This document shows positions 12,520-25,699 of a stretch of DNA of 64,000 bases, in pieces. Under the pieces are notes generated by a model. It worked only from the letters and a program-made list of their open reading frames with translations. It was not told where the DNA came from and made no database searches. The translations under genes were made by a program, and so were the position numbers. This DNA is from Takakia lepidozioides (taxonomy: Eukaryota > Plantae > Bryophyta). Numbering within the stretch: position 1 is the first letter of the stretch; every line of letters starts with the position of its first letter. The stretch is taken from assembly GCA_030704615.1 (NCBI GenBank), contig CM060731.1:10726001-10790000 (forward strand), given 5' to 3'.

Positions 12520-13760
12520 TCATGTGGAATCGGGTATAGTCAAGAAATCCGCAAAAATAGTATCTATCATAGCCTCATCTTTCCTTGCGGCGGCACGACC
12601 TTCTCGACGAATAGGCAGTTGACCACATAATCCAACATGGGGTCAAGTACAACTCCGTGTCCTTCTCGAGGTACTGGCACTCCAATGAGTTGACAATAAA
12701 TTGTGAAGTACACAACATGCTATTGTTATCTTTGGGACACGATCAACTCTCGCATTCACCTTCTTCAGAATTCTCCACCTCCCCTTAAACAAAAGCATTC
12801 TCAATGGAGACTCTACCGGCATTCATTTGTCTGTCAAACCTAACTTTATCTTGGTTACCATCAGGAGGTTTGAAGTTGCACATGAGGTAAGTGCGGCTAG
12901 GATAACCTGCATCACCAAGTAGGTAAGGTTGAATACGTCTCTCATCAACAACGACGACAAGCTCTTCCAGAATTGAAGTTGTGCATAAATAGATGAAACT
13001 TGGAATTGACCTCCATCAGCTGTCCCTCCTGGCACAGAACAACAAACATTCCAAAATATCTTATCCATGTCACATATAGCTTGGAGGACCACGAAGTTGG
13101 TGCTCGTCATGCTATAATAATATGGGTGCCATCTATGGAATCACAGACATTGGGAAATCTGCAAGCATCTTGAAACCCTACAATAATCCTATGAAGTCGA
13201 TCTCCATGTGGTATGGAGATATACTTTGCAAATAGTTTGTGTTCATCAATAAGTACATTGACAATAGGTCAACATATTTTCTGATTGTCGATGCTCCAAC
13301 ACCAAACCTGTCAGCCATGCACTTGTGCCATGGGCAAATTGATATAGGACAAGGCCAACAATCTTGCGAACCTCCAATGGTTGCCTTACAAGCATGTGAG
13401 CACGTGACTTGATCCATGGTTCAAGCTCCGTTACCAAGAACATGAAACTTGCAAATGGCATTCGATAAGCCTCCTATCCCTCATCTCGGAACTTGTATGC
13501 CATACCTCTCCCTCTATAATGTCCCAATGAGTGCATTGTCGAGGCTCTTTCCACCATGTCCTCCCAGGTTTGTTCTCTTCGTAGGCCAACATTGCCCAAA
13601 GAATGGGAAGAGATCTTGACAAAAGACTTGATTCGTCCAATTTCGGAAGTATAAGAGTTTTTCTTTTTTTTTGGATTGATGGAAACAATGTGGGAAACCC
13701 TCGTGGAACAAGAAGAGACACAAAGTACAATAACAAGTTCAACATCCTCTATCTTCACCT
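12520..13760 (-). pseudogene. PIF/Harbinger (HARBI1-like, DDE_Tnp_4) transposase, degraded
   Basis: Motifs RMPFASF..LV, ADRFGVGASTI, VLQAICD...PGGTAD, LLGDAGYP, RVSIENAF..KGRWRIL, ACCVLHNYC spread over several frames. Confidence 0.9.
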
Positions 13761-15051
13761 ACAAATCCTTCACAAATTGACTGAGCCTCCAACCTAAACC
13801 TCCATCCAACCAAAATCCCATACCCTAATCCTTAAACCCTAGCTTGCCTGGAGGTAATTCTCAAGCTCTCAATCTTTGGTTGTCAGCTAGTGCAAATAAA
13901 TGGGCCTTCATGTTTTAGTAACTCTTATTCCTCCACAACCGCCCAGGGGGTGGAATTCCGTGCACATGTGCCCCAGATTCGTGTTGTGTGTGCTGAATGA
14001 GAAGGTCTCCAGTCTCCGTTGTTGGATTCAGTGTGATGCAGAGGGTGTTGCTGGATGTACTGGTCGCCACGAAGCTGGGTATGTTGTAGTTTACTTTCTA
14101 GCACAGCGGATCATTCTTCCTGGGGGGTTTTGGTCATGGAGGCTCTACCACCCACCCAAGCTAACCATTACAGACCTTCTTGTAACAAGGGGGCGAACCT
14201 AAAAAATGAGTACTCCTTTTTCTTCACTGTCTGATGCCAACTTGGAGCAGGGGTGGACGCCATAATGCTGATGAAATCTCTGTATTTTTGGTGCAGGATG
14301 GCAAAGTATGTAATGTCAGCATGGACGGTGGCTAAAATCACGGCAGGCAGCTTCGTTTTGGGCGTTGTTGTGGGGTTTCGTTTGAAGAACGCATTAAGAA
14401 AAGCAGCGGTGAGTATGCTGAAGAAACTGGAAGGGAATTGGCGAGTAGGGAAGCTCCTTTGCTCAATGCGTGTCTGGGACCATTCTGTGACGCGTTGTCG
14501 GTCAAAATATGTCTTGCTCTCTCCATCTTCGCCCACCCCAGTTACTCCGCCTGATTGTCAGGTTGTTGAGCTTTGACTGATCGATTCACCATAGCCATCG
14601 CACCGCCCGTGAAACCGAAGTTGGGGTCTCTCGAAATTGGATGAATCGCGCTGGATTTCTAACCTGTTGACCATCTTTGCTTTCTCTCTGTGGGGCGGCT
14701 CTTTGATTATGTGCAAAAGAACCAATCCAATGTGATCAAGTAGGGTTGGTTGGGCCAAGAAATCAAGACTATCTTCCCACCAGGAGATCGAGAGAACCGG
14801 CAGAAATGCGGCTTTTACAAGGACATTTAGTGTCATTGCCAACAATCCACATGGCAGCTTCAGTGGCGGACAGAACAGATAAGATTTAGTGACGAATGGA
14901 GACCGGACGGCTACATTTCTCTTGAAATGTATGGCTATCAGTGATGGCTCTTTTCCAGATGTACCTGGAAAGAAAAGCAGGGAGTTCCGGAACGGTTGAA
15001 GCAGAAAGGGATCCAGTGGAGCGTTCAGTTGTTTTTGTGGACTGCCCATTC

Positions 15052-15790
15052 GTCCGATCTTCTGCGAATCACAGAGAGTGATTATCAGCCACCTATTACA
15101 CCCACCTATTACAAATGTCCAGACAAATATTGTTTGAACATAACGACCAGCCCTAGTAGAAAAGTCCCGAAATGTGGTCATGTAATGAATTGGCCGCTCA
15201 ATCTTCTGGCCCCCGACACAGTCCTTGGATCAACTTCAGACACGAAAACTTCAGGAAAGGGGGGATATGTCGTGAAGAATACAACGTACATGATCACGGA
15301 TGACCTGGAGATCACACCGACGTCAACCATCAAAAGCATTGTCCTACTCAATAAGCTGAAGGTGGAGAAGCTTGAAAGCTTCGAGACAGTTGTTGGCCCT
15401 ACTGAGGTACAATAGATTGAGGTTGAAAGCTTCTGGGTTGAGTTGGTAATTTATTGTTACATGACTATGACTCACAGGAGTCACAATTTGTTCTGTTTGT
15501 GATCGTGGATGTTTTGTATTTTGTGCACTCTGTAGAAGAAATGGCTTAGGTTCATGCCACTTTGTGCATGATGTCCGGTGTGGTAGCTGTATATAAGTAG
15601 TTCTCAATAAAGCAAAGTGTTTTGGTCGCACTTCATTCAACTGCGATCTCTCTCGATCTGAATTGGTCTTGGGTGCGTTGCTGTCCTACAGGCCTTGCAG
15701 CTGTTGCGAAGTTCTCTAACATCGATGTCTGCACTCACCGATGTCTTTGGAAACAACTCTGGAAAGCAAGGCCAAAAAGTGAGTAAGTGA
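15052..15790 (+). pseudogene. DUF674 family gene copy A, 5'-truncated (part of the middle exon to 15406; last exon 15692-15790)
   Basis: GYVVKNTTYMITDDLEITPTST and ALQLLRSSLTS..LTDVF with GT/AG junctions. Exon 1 is absent. Confidence 0.85.
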
Positions 15791-17240
15791 AGCCCACAAT
15801 CTCCTGACTGTTGTGGAGCAAGCCGGCTGCTGGTGAAGCTTAACATCTCATATATTGAATGAACATGATAGAGGGGAGGACTGAGGTTGCAGGAATGTCA
15901 CTACATGATACCGTGAGCTGTTGCAGCTAAGAACGATGATCTAATTTCTCCCTAGGTAGTGGTGAAAAGTGGGGCAGACATCTTCATTTTATTTGGTTTC
16001 TTTTTGGAAGACCATCATTCCATTTCTTTGCTTTGCTCTACCCAGGCACAAGGGCAACACACCTTTACTCCTCAGGGTTTCCAGTTCCCGAAAATTGTAG
16101 GGGGATGATCGCTGATGCAAACTGAGAATCGCCAAGGAGCAAGTTACGGGCAAAATCCTTGAAAGAGGCAGTAACAATACAGCTTGAATTATATTTCTCT
16201 GGCACACATGATAGATGGACTAGTATTTGGCAAATCTGGGATGTGCATCAACTTTGAAGAAAAGCTAGTACAGAGTGCTAGTTGCACGCATTCAAAAAAC
16301 CGTAAGTAAAGATTGTGTGGAGAGCAGTCCTGTGTACGCATGCACTCAGAAACGATAACGTTTCTACTTGCAATTGACACAAAAAAGTTTGAGCCCTGTC
16401 GTTCGCCCAAAACTTTACTCTGGAATTCAAGACATTCGTGCAACAAACATCAATTCAAATACATGAATCTCATTCATTGAACTACCTGAGAATGCTCAAA
16501 AATTATTCTACTGACGACTTTGGGATTCCGTGCGGTTCACGTGGAGCAGTGGGCCTCTGTACAAACCTCCAAAGCTCAAGAACTTAGTTATTTACAGCCA
16601 TAACATCTCCCCTCCACGAACTTCAAGATGTGGAAGAGCGTGACAATGTACAGCAAGGGCTCCAGGGCTGCGTTGAGAGCGATTCGGTAATAACCCTGCA
16701 CTGCAGAAAACATCTGGTTTCAGGCGCGGAAGACCCGAAAACGGCCTCAACGCCAAACCTGCAACTAGCCCATCTCAAAACAGCCCATGTGACTATTGAA
16801 TCAATCATAATGCTCGGGCGGCGCTTCTAGTTGCTTCTGATGCGAGCCTGGCAAGCTACCTTCACATCGCTGAATGTCTGCCATGGCATCCGACGTTCCT
16901 CTTTCATGAGAAGCACAGCGCCGCAGAGGTTATGCATGTCAGTGAAATTGTCGGTACCCAAATTCACCTACACCTGATACTGGAACATGACACGTGCACA
17001 TGTAAGGGATTCAAGGCGAGGAGGCCATTGAAGAAATCGAACTGCACATTGATGAGCCGCCGGCTCCTTTCTAGAACCCCAAAGGTGCGATCGTTGAGTT
17101 TCCATCCTCCCTTCTCTCTACTCAATCTCGCACAGGTCCTCAGCTTGAGCTGCGTTCAACTTCAGTGCGAAGGGTGACCTTTGAGGATTTTGACTGCTGA
17201 TTAACAATATTCAAAGACTAGGTGAAGAGTTCTAGACAAC

Positions 17241-18986
17241 ATGCAGGCAGGTGCAGCAGAGAGCCCCGCGAGCGTTCCAGTCACTCTGCTGAGGAGCAAA
17301 GTCGACGGTCGTGTGCTATACATGGAGGCGGGCAAAGACTTTGTGGACATTCTGTTCAGTTTTTTGACTCTTCCAACAGGGTGTATCATCAGATTGCTTT
17401 CTGAAGGTATCTAACTATTGAGTCAAACTTGTCGACAGACTGCAGCTGTCATGAGCACTATCTAAGCTCATTTTAAATACAAAGATCTAGATTCTGCGGC
17501 ACGTTTGACTCTGTTGAGCTTCTCCCTAGAACAGTCATTCTACAGCAAAAGAGTAGAGGCAAGTGGCCCTCGCCGCTGATGGTGGCCATATATTATATCA
17601 TGAATGTCGGGCAATGAGCTTCCCTTGCCGCATATGCTTGGGAGTATAAGAGCGAGCTGAGATCTCCTACTACCGGAAAACTCCAGCTCGGTGTCATGGT
17701 TTTTGGTAAGTCTTGAGAGTCATGTGCTATAAGGTTGCTCTAAGTTGCTCTCCCTCTTCACTGTTGCTTTCAAGTGCCATATTGGCGGTAGGCATCCATG
17801 TAGCTGTAGCCTCTGCGGACCGATCGTCAGAACCCCAGATGATCTATGCAGACCATGAAGCATTGCATTAAAATACAGGGTTCATCCACCGAACTTCCAG
17901 TTCGAATGTCTGAATTTTCTGGTCTTGCTGTGCATGACCTCCGCAACGTAGGTGCACATTTGAAGGCGATGGGAGCCCTATCGAATCTCTTCGAGAGCGT
18001 AGTGAAACTTGATTGTTCGGTTCTCTATGTTGACAAGGAGGTACTTGTGGACCCTAAACCAGCAACTGGCTCTCTTCAGTCCGAATTTCTGCGAATCACA
18101 GGAAGTAACACCTATTACACATGTTCAAGCGATAGGTGTGTTCGTAGTTTTGCAAGAAGAAGAGGACCTTTTAATAACTCTATAACTGTGCCACCTGTGC
18201 CTTGTATGAACATGACTACGAGCTTTGGTATCATTTGTCCGAAATGCAATATGACAATGGATGTTCCGCTCAATCTTCTCGGCCCCGACCTGGCCCCCGA
18301 CCTAGTCCTTGGATCAACTTCAGACCCGGAAACTTCAGCAAAGAAGGGATATGTTGTGAAGAATACAATGTACATGATCACTGATGACCTGGAGATCACG
18401 CAGACTTCAACCATCAGAAGCATTGTCCTACTCAATAAACTGAAGGTGGAGAAGATGACTGATCTTGAAAGCTTCGAGACGGTTGTCGGGCCTCTTGAGG
18501 TATACCTCCTTCGAAAAGACCTCAACAGTGTCGAATGGGGATCTTTCCCTTCAATGTATGTCGAAAGCTTTCAGAATGAATAATCTGTCATTTTGTTGGA
18601 TTTGTGTCAACGATGACTGTGACATACGGTTATTGTCGACATGAGGCGACTGTACTTGGCGGCTTCTGCGATATATGTAGTCACAATGTGTTCTGTTTGT
18701 ACTGATCGGGATGTTTCGTGTTTTGTGGCCCCACTGTCTAGTACAGAGAAAGGTCAGTGGTTGAACTTGATGCATGCTGTCCAGTGTAAGTACCAATTTG
18801 AAGCGAAAGTAACTTAGCCTAGTGATTGGCCCTCAAGTGCGAGCTCACTAGATCTGAACTGATCTTGGGTACGTTGCTGCCGTACAGGCCTTGCAGCTGT
18901 TGCGAAGTTCGCTAACATCGACGTCAGTACTCAACGATGTTTTTGGGAACAACTCTGCAAAGCAAGGCCAAAAAGTGAGGAAGTGA
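17241..18986 (+). CDS. DUF674 family protein copy B (exon 1 17241-17406, middle exon ~17880-18499, last exon 18888-18986)
   Basis: VLYMEAGKDFVDILFSFLTLPTGCIIRLL, GALSNLFESV..LD, YMITDDL, ALQLLRSSLTSTSVLNDVF. The acceptor and phase of the middle exon are not resolved. Confidence 0.85.
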
Positions 18987-20519
18987 AGCCCACAATCTCC
19001 TGACTAGTTCGGAGCAAGCCCGCTGCTGTGAAGCTTAACATCGCGTTCAATGCACATGATAGAGGATGTAGGAACGCGATGATACTTTGAGCTATTGCAA
19101 CTGCGAATGATGATCTAATTTCTTCCCTGGTGGTTAAGAATCTGGCAGACATCTTGGAAGGCTCTCTCATTCCATTTCTTTACTTTGTCTCCACCCCACC
19201 CATAAGAACTTACTCCTCAGGGGTTTCCAGTTCCTGAAAAATGTAGGGAGATGATCAGCTGATGTAAATTGAGAATTGCCAAGGAGCAAGTATCGAGCAT
19301 AATCCTTGAAAGAGTCACTAACATGCCTGAATCCTATATCTCTGGTACACGTCCGAGGGACTCGAAGCAAATCTTGGATGTGCATCAACTTTGAAGAAAA
19401 GCTAGCACAGAGCTAGTACACTGCTAGTAGCATGCATTCTATAAGCATATAAACAAATGCTGTAAGTAAAGATTGTCTGTAGAACAAGTTCTGTTTTACA
19501 GGTGCAAAGAAAAATGATTACGTTCCTTAGATAGGAACTATACTAGGAAATTGAAGACATTCAGGCAAACAACATCAATTCAATAATACATGAATTGTAA
19601 TTGAATGTACGCTATCAGAGAATGTCCAAGAACTATTCTACTGATTACTTGGGAATTTAATGAGTTGCACTTGGAGGAATGGACAGTGTTTAAACCTTCC
19701 AAGCTCTAGGACCACTCTGAAGTCTCCTTAAGAAAATTGTGAACATGAAAACTGGAACTTACTTCCTCTGATCTTCATCTCAATAAAACATCCCAAGTTT
19801 GCACAAAAGCTAGCCTGAGAGTACTAATAAACAGTGAACATTCACTGTCCAAGTGTACTCAAAATCCATAATAAGTGAACGAATTTTTGATCTATAAAAT
19901 GTTCACAGAGAACTCGCAAAATTAAAGCATTCACAGAATGTCAATTCAGAAAACGTCGGAGTGACAATAATAGGCTTCCAACTACATGCTTACTACACAA
20001 TGTCATGGAGGAGACTCCCTTAACAATACAATAGAAGCTATCAAGCTGGTTGTTAACGTTAGAGTTACTGGCGAAATAGTCCAGCCAACACCAACATCTG
20101 GTAATTTATCACAACCCATGTGATGTATCATACATTGAAAATACAGAATGGTAAGTTTTCTAGCATACTTTCCTCTCCTCCATTCCTTCCCTCCCCTACC
20201 CGTACGGCCATGAATAGGGTTGAGAGAGGAGAGGAAAGTCACTACAATGTACCTGTGAACAGTTTTCCCATCATTCTGATACATTCTCCACAGAGGCCAA
20301 AAAGAAAACCTTAACATTCTCGGATCAGATCTGGACATTTGATATGCAGAAAAAGCGCTGTCAAAAGTGGGCATGTTGCACAACGCTCTTGTTGAAGAGC
20401 AGGAGCTACAACTTAAGACTGTCTTAAAACTGTGACACTGAGAGAATGACACAATGAAATTTTCAGGCCATTATAATGTAGACCTGTGAAAAGAACCCAC
20501 CTTAAAAGCCAGGTGCTGG

Positions 20520-21403
20520 TCCACAAGTACCTCCTTGTCAACATAGACAGCCGAACTATCAAGTTTCACTACGCTCTCGAAGAGATTTGATATGGCTGCC
20601 GTCGCCTTCAAATGTGAACCTGCATTGCGGACATCATGCAGCAAACCAGACATTCAGACAACTGGAAACTCGGTGTATGAACCTTCCACTGTCATCGTCT
20701 GTATAAATCGTCTGGCCCGGGTTCTGTTCGGTACGCAGAGCCTAAAGGTAGACCGTAACGTCATGGGAATCGGGATGCTTGCGCCATTAAGGCACTTAAA
20801 AAGCAACAGTGAAGAGGGAGAGAAACTTAGAGCGATCTTACAGCACTTGAGCGATTCTCTCACGCAAAGACACCAAGCTATCTAGAATTCTCCGGTAGTA
20901 GTCCTAGATCTCAGAACACCCTGTTCATGACCGCACCTTGCAGTACTTCCAAGAATATACGGCAAGGGAAGCTCATTGCCTGGTATGAGTCCCTACGTTG
21001 GACTCCTCAAAATTGACTCGATCACAGGATTTCGTTACTGAGCCTTGTCTCGGGCCATAATATAATGCCACCATCAGCGGCGAGGGCCAGTTGTCTCTAC
21101 TCATTTGCTGTAGACTGTTCTAGAGAGAAGCTCAACAGAGATAAACATGCCGCAGAAGGTAGATTTGTTTGCAACATGGGAGCACTTGCTCATGACAGAT
21201 GCAGTCTGTCGACAAGTTTAACTCAAAACTTAGATACCTTCTGAAAGCAATTTGATGAAACACCCTGTTGGAAGAGTAAAAAAACTGAACAGAATGTCCA
21301 CAAAGTCTTTGCCCGCCTCCATGTACAGCACACGACCGTCAACTTTGCTCCTCAGCAGAGTGACTGGTACGCTCGTGGGGCTCTCTGATGCACCTGCCTG
21401 CAT
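20520..21403 (-). pseudogene. DUF674 copy C, 3'-truncated (exon 1 21238-21403 plus the start of the middle exon)
   Basis: Exon 1 is closely similar to copy B. The middle exon stops after VDKEVLVD. Confidence 0.85.
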
Positions 21404-21540
21404 GTTGTGTAGAACTGTGCAGCTAGTCTTTGAATATTGTTAATTATCAGCAGTCAAAATCCTCAAGGTTCCGCTTCGCACTGAAGCCTCACTGAAGTTG
21501 AACGCAGCTCAAGCTGAGGACCTGCGCGAGATTGAGTAGA

Positions 21541-21583
21541 GAAATGAAATGAAATGAAATGGTACTTTATAACGTCCTCGGAA
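21541..21583 (-). mobile_element. Extremely 5'-truncated LINE insertion (3' tip plus (CATTT)4 tail)
   Basis: Absent from the paralogous site near 17110-17125. Reverse complement TTCCGAGGACGTTATAAAGTAC(CATTT)n matches the LINE 3' end at 44466-44503. Confidence 0.88.
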
Positions 21584-22462
21584 AGAGAAGGGAGGATGGA
21601 AACTCAACGATCGCACTTTTGGGGTTCTAGAAAGGATCTGGCGGCTCATCAATGTGCAGTTCGATTTCTTCAATGGCCTCCTCGCCTTGAATCCCTTGCA
21701 TGTGCACGTGTCATGTTCCAGTATCAGGTGTAGGTGGCGACAATTTCACTGACATGCATAACCTCTGCGGCGCTGTGCTTCTGATGAAAGAGGAACGTCG
21801 GATGCCATGGCAGACATTCAGTTATATGAAGGTAGCTTGACCGGCTCGCATCACAAGCAACAGAGTAAAGTTTTGGGAGAACGACAGGCTCAAACTTCTT
21901 TGTATCTTAGGAACGTTATCGTTTTCCTTAGTGCATGCGTACACAGGACTGCTCTTCACACAATCTTTACTTACGGTTTATAGAATGCGTGCAACTAGCA
22001 CTCTGCAGGCTCTGTAATAGCTTTTTCTTCCAAGTTGATGCACATCCGAGATTTGCCAAATACTAGTCCATCTATCATGTGTGCCAGAGAAATAGAATTC
22101 AAGCTGTATTGTTAGTGCCTCTTTCAAGGACTTTGCCCCTTGGCGATTCCCACATCAGCGATCATCTCCCTACATTTTTCAGGAACTGGAAACCCTGAGG
22201 AGTAAGATCTGTGTTGCCCTTGTGCGTGAGGTAGAGCAAAGCAAAGAAATGGAATGATGGTCTTTCAAAAAGAAACTAAATAATTGAAGATGTCTGCCCC
22301 ACTTTTAACCACCAAGGGAGAAATTAGATGATCATTCTTAGTTGCAATAGCTCACAGTATCATGTAGTGACTGCATTCCTGCAACCTCAGTCCTCCCCTC
22401 TATGATGTTCATTCAGATGTGAAGCTTCACCAGTAGCCGAACTAGTCAGGAGATTGTGGGCT

Positions 22463-24085
22463 TCACTTACTCACTTTTTGGCCTTGCTTTTCAGAGTTGT
22501 TTCCAAAAACATCGTTGAGTGCAGACATCGATGTTAGAGAACTTCGCAACAGCTGCAAGGCCTGTACGACAGCAACGCACCCAAGACCAATTCAGCTGTG
22601 AGATCGCAGTTGAAGGAGTGCGACCAAACCACTATGCTTTATTGAAAACTACTTATATACAGCTATCACACCGGACATTATGCAGAAAGTGACATGAACC
22701 TAAACCCTTTCTTCTACAGAGTGCGCAAAACACAAAACATCCACGATCACAAACAGAAAATATTGTGACTCGTGTGAGTCATAGTCATCTAACATAATTA
22801 CAAACTCAACCCAGAAGCTTTCAACCTCAATCTTTTCCGAGGAAGTATTGTACCTCAGTAGGGCCGACAACTGTCTCGAAGCTTTCAAGATCACTCATCT
22901 TCTCCACCTTCAGCTTATTGAGAAGGACAATGCTTTTTATGGTTGACGTCGGTGTGATCTCCAGGTCATCCGTGATCATGTACGTTGTATTCTTCACGAC
23001 ATATCCCTTCTCTGCTGAAGTTTTCGTGTCTGAAGTTGATCCAAGGACTGGGTCGGGGGCCACAAGATTGAGTGGCCAATTCATTAAATGACCACATTCC
23101 GGGCATTTCCTACTAGGGCTGGTCGTCATGTTCAAACATGTTCCGTTTGTACATTTGTAATAGGTGGGTGGCTGACAATCACTCTCTGTGATTCGCAGAA
23201 GATCGGACTGAGAAAAGCCCGTTGCTGGTTTAGGGTCTACAAGTACCTCCTTGTCAACATAGAGAGCCGAACTATCAAGTTTCACTACGCTCTCGAAGAG
23301 ATTCGATATGCCTGCCATCGCCTTCAAATGTGAACCTGCATTACGGAGATCATGCAGCAAGACAACACATTCAGACAACTGCAAACTCGGTGTATGAACC
23401 ATATTATCGTGGGGGTTCTGTTGGGTACGCAGAGCCTAAAGCTAGACAACGTCATGGGATGCCTGCGCCATTAAGGTACTTCAAAGCAACAGTGAAGAGG
23501 GAGAGAAACTTAGAGCGATCTTACAGCACATGAGCGATTCGCTCAAGTACCAGAAAGCAAGACACCAAGCTAGACTTCTCCGGTAGTAGGAGATCTCAGA
23601 GCACCCTGTTCATGAGCGCACCTTGAACTCCCAAGAATATACGGCAAGGGAAGCTCATTGCCTGGCATGAGTCCAGTGTCCCTAGATTGGACTCTTCAAA
23701 TTGACTCAATCACAGGATTTCGTTACTGAGCCTTGTCTCGGGCCATAATATAATGCCACCATCAGCGGCGAGGGCCAGTTGCCTCTACTCATTTGCTATA
23801 GAATGACTGTTCTAAGGAGAAGCTCAACAGAGATAAACGTGCCGCAGAAGTTAGATTTGTTTGCAAAAGACTTGCTCATGACAGCTGCAGTCTGTCGACA
23901 AGTTTAACTCAAAACTCAGATACCTTCGGAAAGCAATTTGATGATACACCCTGTTGGAAGAGTCAAGAAACTGAACAGAATGTCCACAAAGTCTTTGCCC
24001 GCACAATGTACAGCACACGACCGTCGGCTTTTCTCCTCAACAGCGTGACAGGAACACTCGCGGGGATCTCTGATGAACCTGCCAT
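22463..24085 (-). CDS. DUF674 copy D (exon 1 ~23924-24085, middle exon 22854-~23400, last exon 22463-22561); 1-bp frameshift in exon 1
   Basis: Same motifs as B; middle and last exons are closest to copy A. The frameshift at VLY/GKDF may be real or an assembly error. Confidence 0.8.
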
Positions 24086-24921
24086 GCTGACTAGATCTAC
24101 GCGAGGTTGTTAATCAGCGGTCAAGATACTCAAGGTCGCCCTTCTCACCAAATAGTTGAACGCACCTCTCAAAGCTGAGGACCTCTGCGAGAATGGGCAG
24201 AGAGGAGGGAGGACGGAGACTCAACGATGGCACCTTTGGGCTTCTAGAAAGGAGCCGGCGGCTCATCAAAGTGCAGTTCGATTTCTTCATCGCCTTGAAT
24301 CCTTCACTGTGCACGTGTCATAGCTGATAGGCTTGCAGTTTTGGCCTTGAGCAGCGGCGGCGCAGATGCAGGCGATTCCAACGCGGCACGAGCCGATAAC
24401 GCAGGCAGCTGGTTTACGGTTTAAGGGTCCCACCACACCGACCGAGCCTACAAACCCAGATGTTTTCCGCAGTGATTCTACCGTGCGGAGGGATATTAAC
24501 GCATCGCTCTCAATGCAGCAAAACCATCTCTATGTAGCTAGAGCTGTCAACGGAGGCAGCCCTTGCGGTTGTCACTGTTCTTCCACATCTTGAAGTTCGT
24601 GGATGGGAGAATATGCTATGGGGTTGTAGCCCTGATGATGATGAACTGGTACATGTCTCTCTTCAAGAATCACATCACTCTACAGTAACAATCAGATTGA
24701 TAGCAGTGACATATTGGCTCCCCAACTTGAACTAGTATACTCAGTCTAATAAAGAGACACAGGAAATTGTACAAGCTCAGGCAGCATTATTTTTGGACTT
24801 AATCGAGACTTAATCAAATGATAGATAATGCTACATTGACGTGGCCTTCGATAGGAATGCCGCTTCACTTTCTAATTATGGTTCTTTGTGAACTGAATGA
24901 GCTTGGGTTGGTGGCTCACAG

Positions 24922-25104
24922 GTCTTGCAGCTGCTGCGATGTTTTCTGACATCGGGATCTGGCATACTGAACGAGATTTTTGGAAAGAAAGAAGGAAAGA
25001 GAGCTAGAACAATTGACTCCCAAGACTCTGATTTTCCTGCTACTCTACGTCCAGCAGATTTTTCGAGGGGTTCCAATAGCGGAGGAACTTCTTGGCATGT
25101 ATGA
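24922..25104 (+). pseudogene. Orphan, diverged DUF674-type last exon (copy E)
   Basis: CAG acceptor followed by VLQLLRCFLTSGSGILNEIFGKK..., homologous to ALQLLRSSLTSTSVLNDVFG. Confidence 0.65.
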
Positions 25105-25699
25105 CAGTGGAAAGTGGAGATTCAGGAGCTGAAAATACTGACTCTCACCGTCTAACCCTTCCTCGTTAAGATCCGGAAGATAGACAGGAACTTGCTTGCT
25201 GTGTTGAAGCAAGCTAGTTTAATTATCTTTGAACAAAGATTGGAAACAGTTTCTGTATCAGTAGAATCAGCGTGATTTGTATGTAGTGTTTGTGTGCTTG
25301 TTAAGACGCTCTTGGGTATGGTCGTCCCTTTTTTATCGATGTCCCACCATGTTGCCATGTATTATAACAGCCTCACATGTTAATAATGAGCACTTATTAT
25401 TTAGTGTGGCTCGAGTTGTTACTGACCAGTAGCTTCTCTTATCATAATTAGCAGCTACACTTATTTGTCCTTGCTTTGTGTCCATGTGCTCATTATCTAT
25501 CAGGTACTGAGACCCCACTTGTTCGTTCAGGGTCAAGGGCAAGCCTTGGACCAGCCCCTTGAGCCCACAGGTCCCCCTCAATATTTATAGGAACCTCCTA
25601 TGCTCTGTTCGATTTGTTTTAGTTTACGAATCCAACATGACATTCCTGTGATGAACTTCACAACTGAAAACCTGTCTGGGCATACTTAGGAGTCTCGGT

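Noticed and set aside
20003-20452. 149-aa ORF in the palindrome spacer
   Set aside because: No recognisable domain and a non-ATG start. It may be a foreign gene remnant, but I cannot support that.
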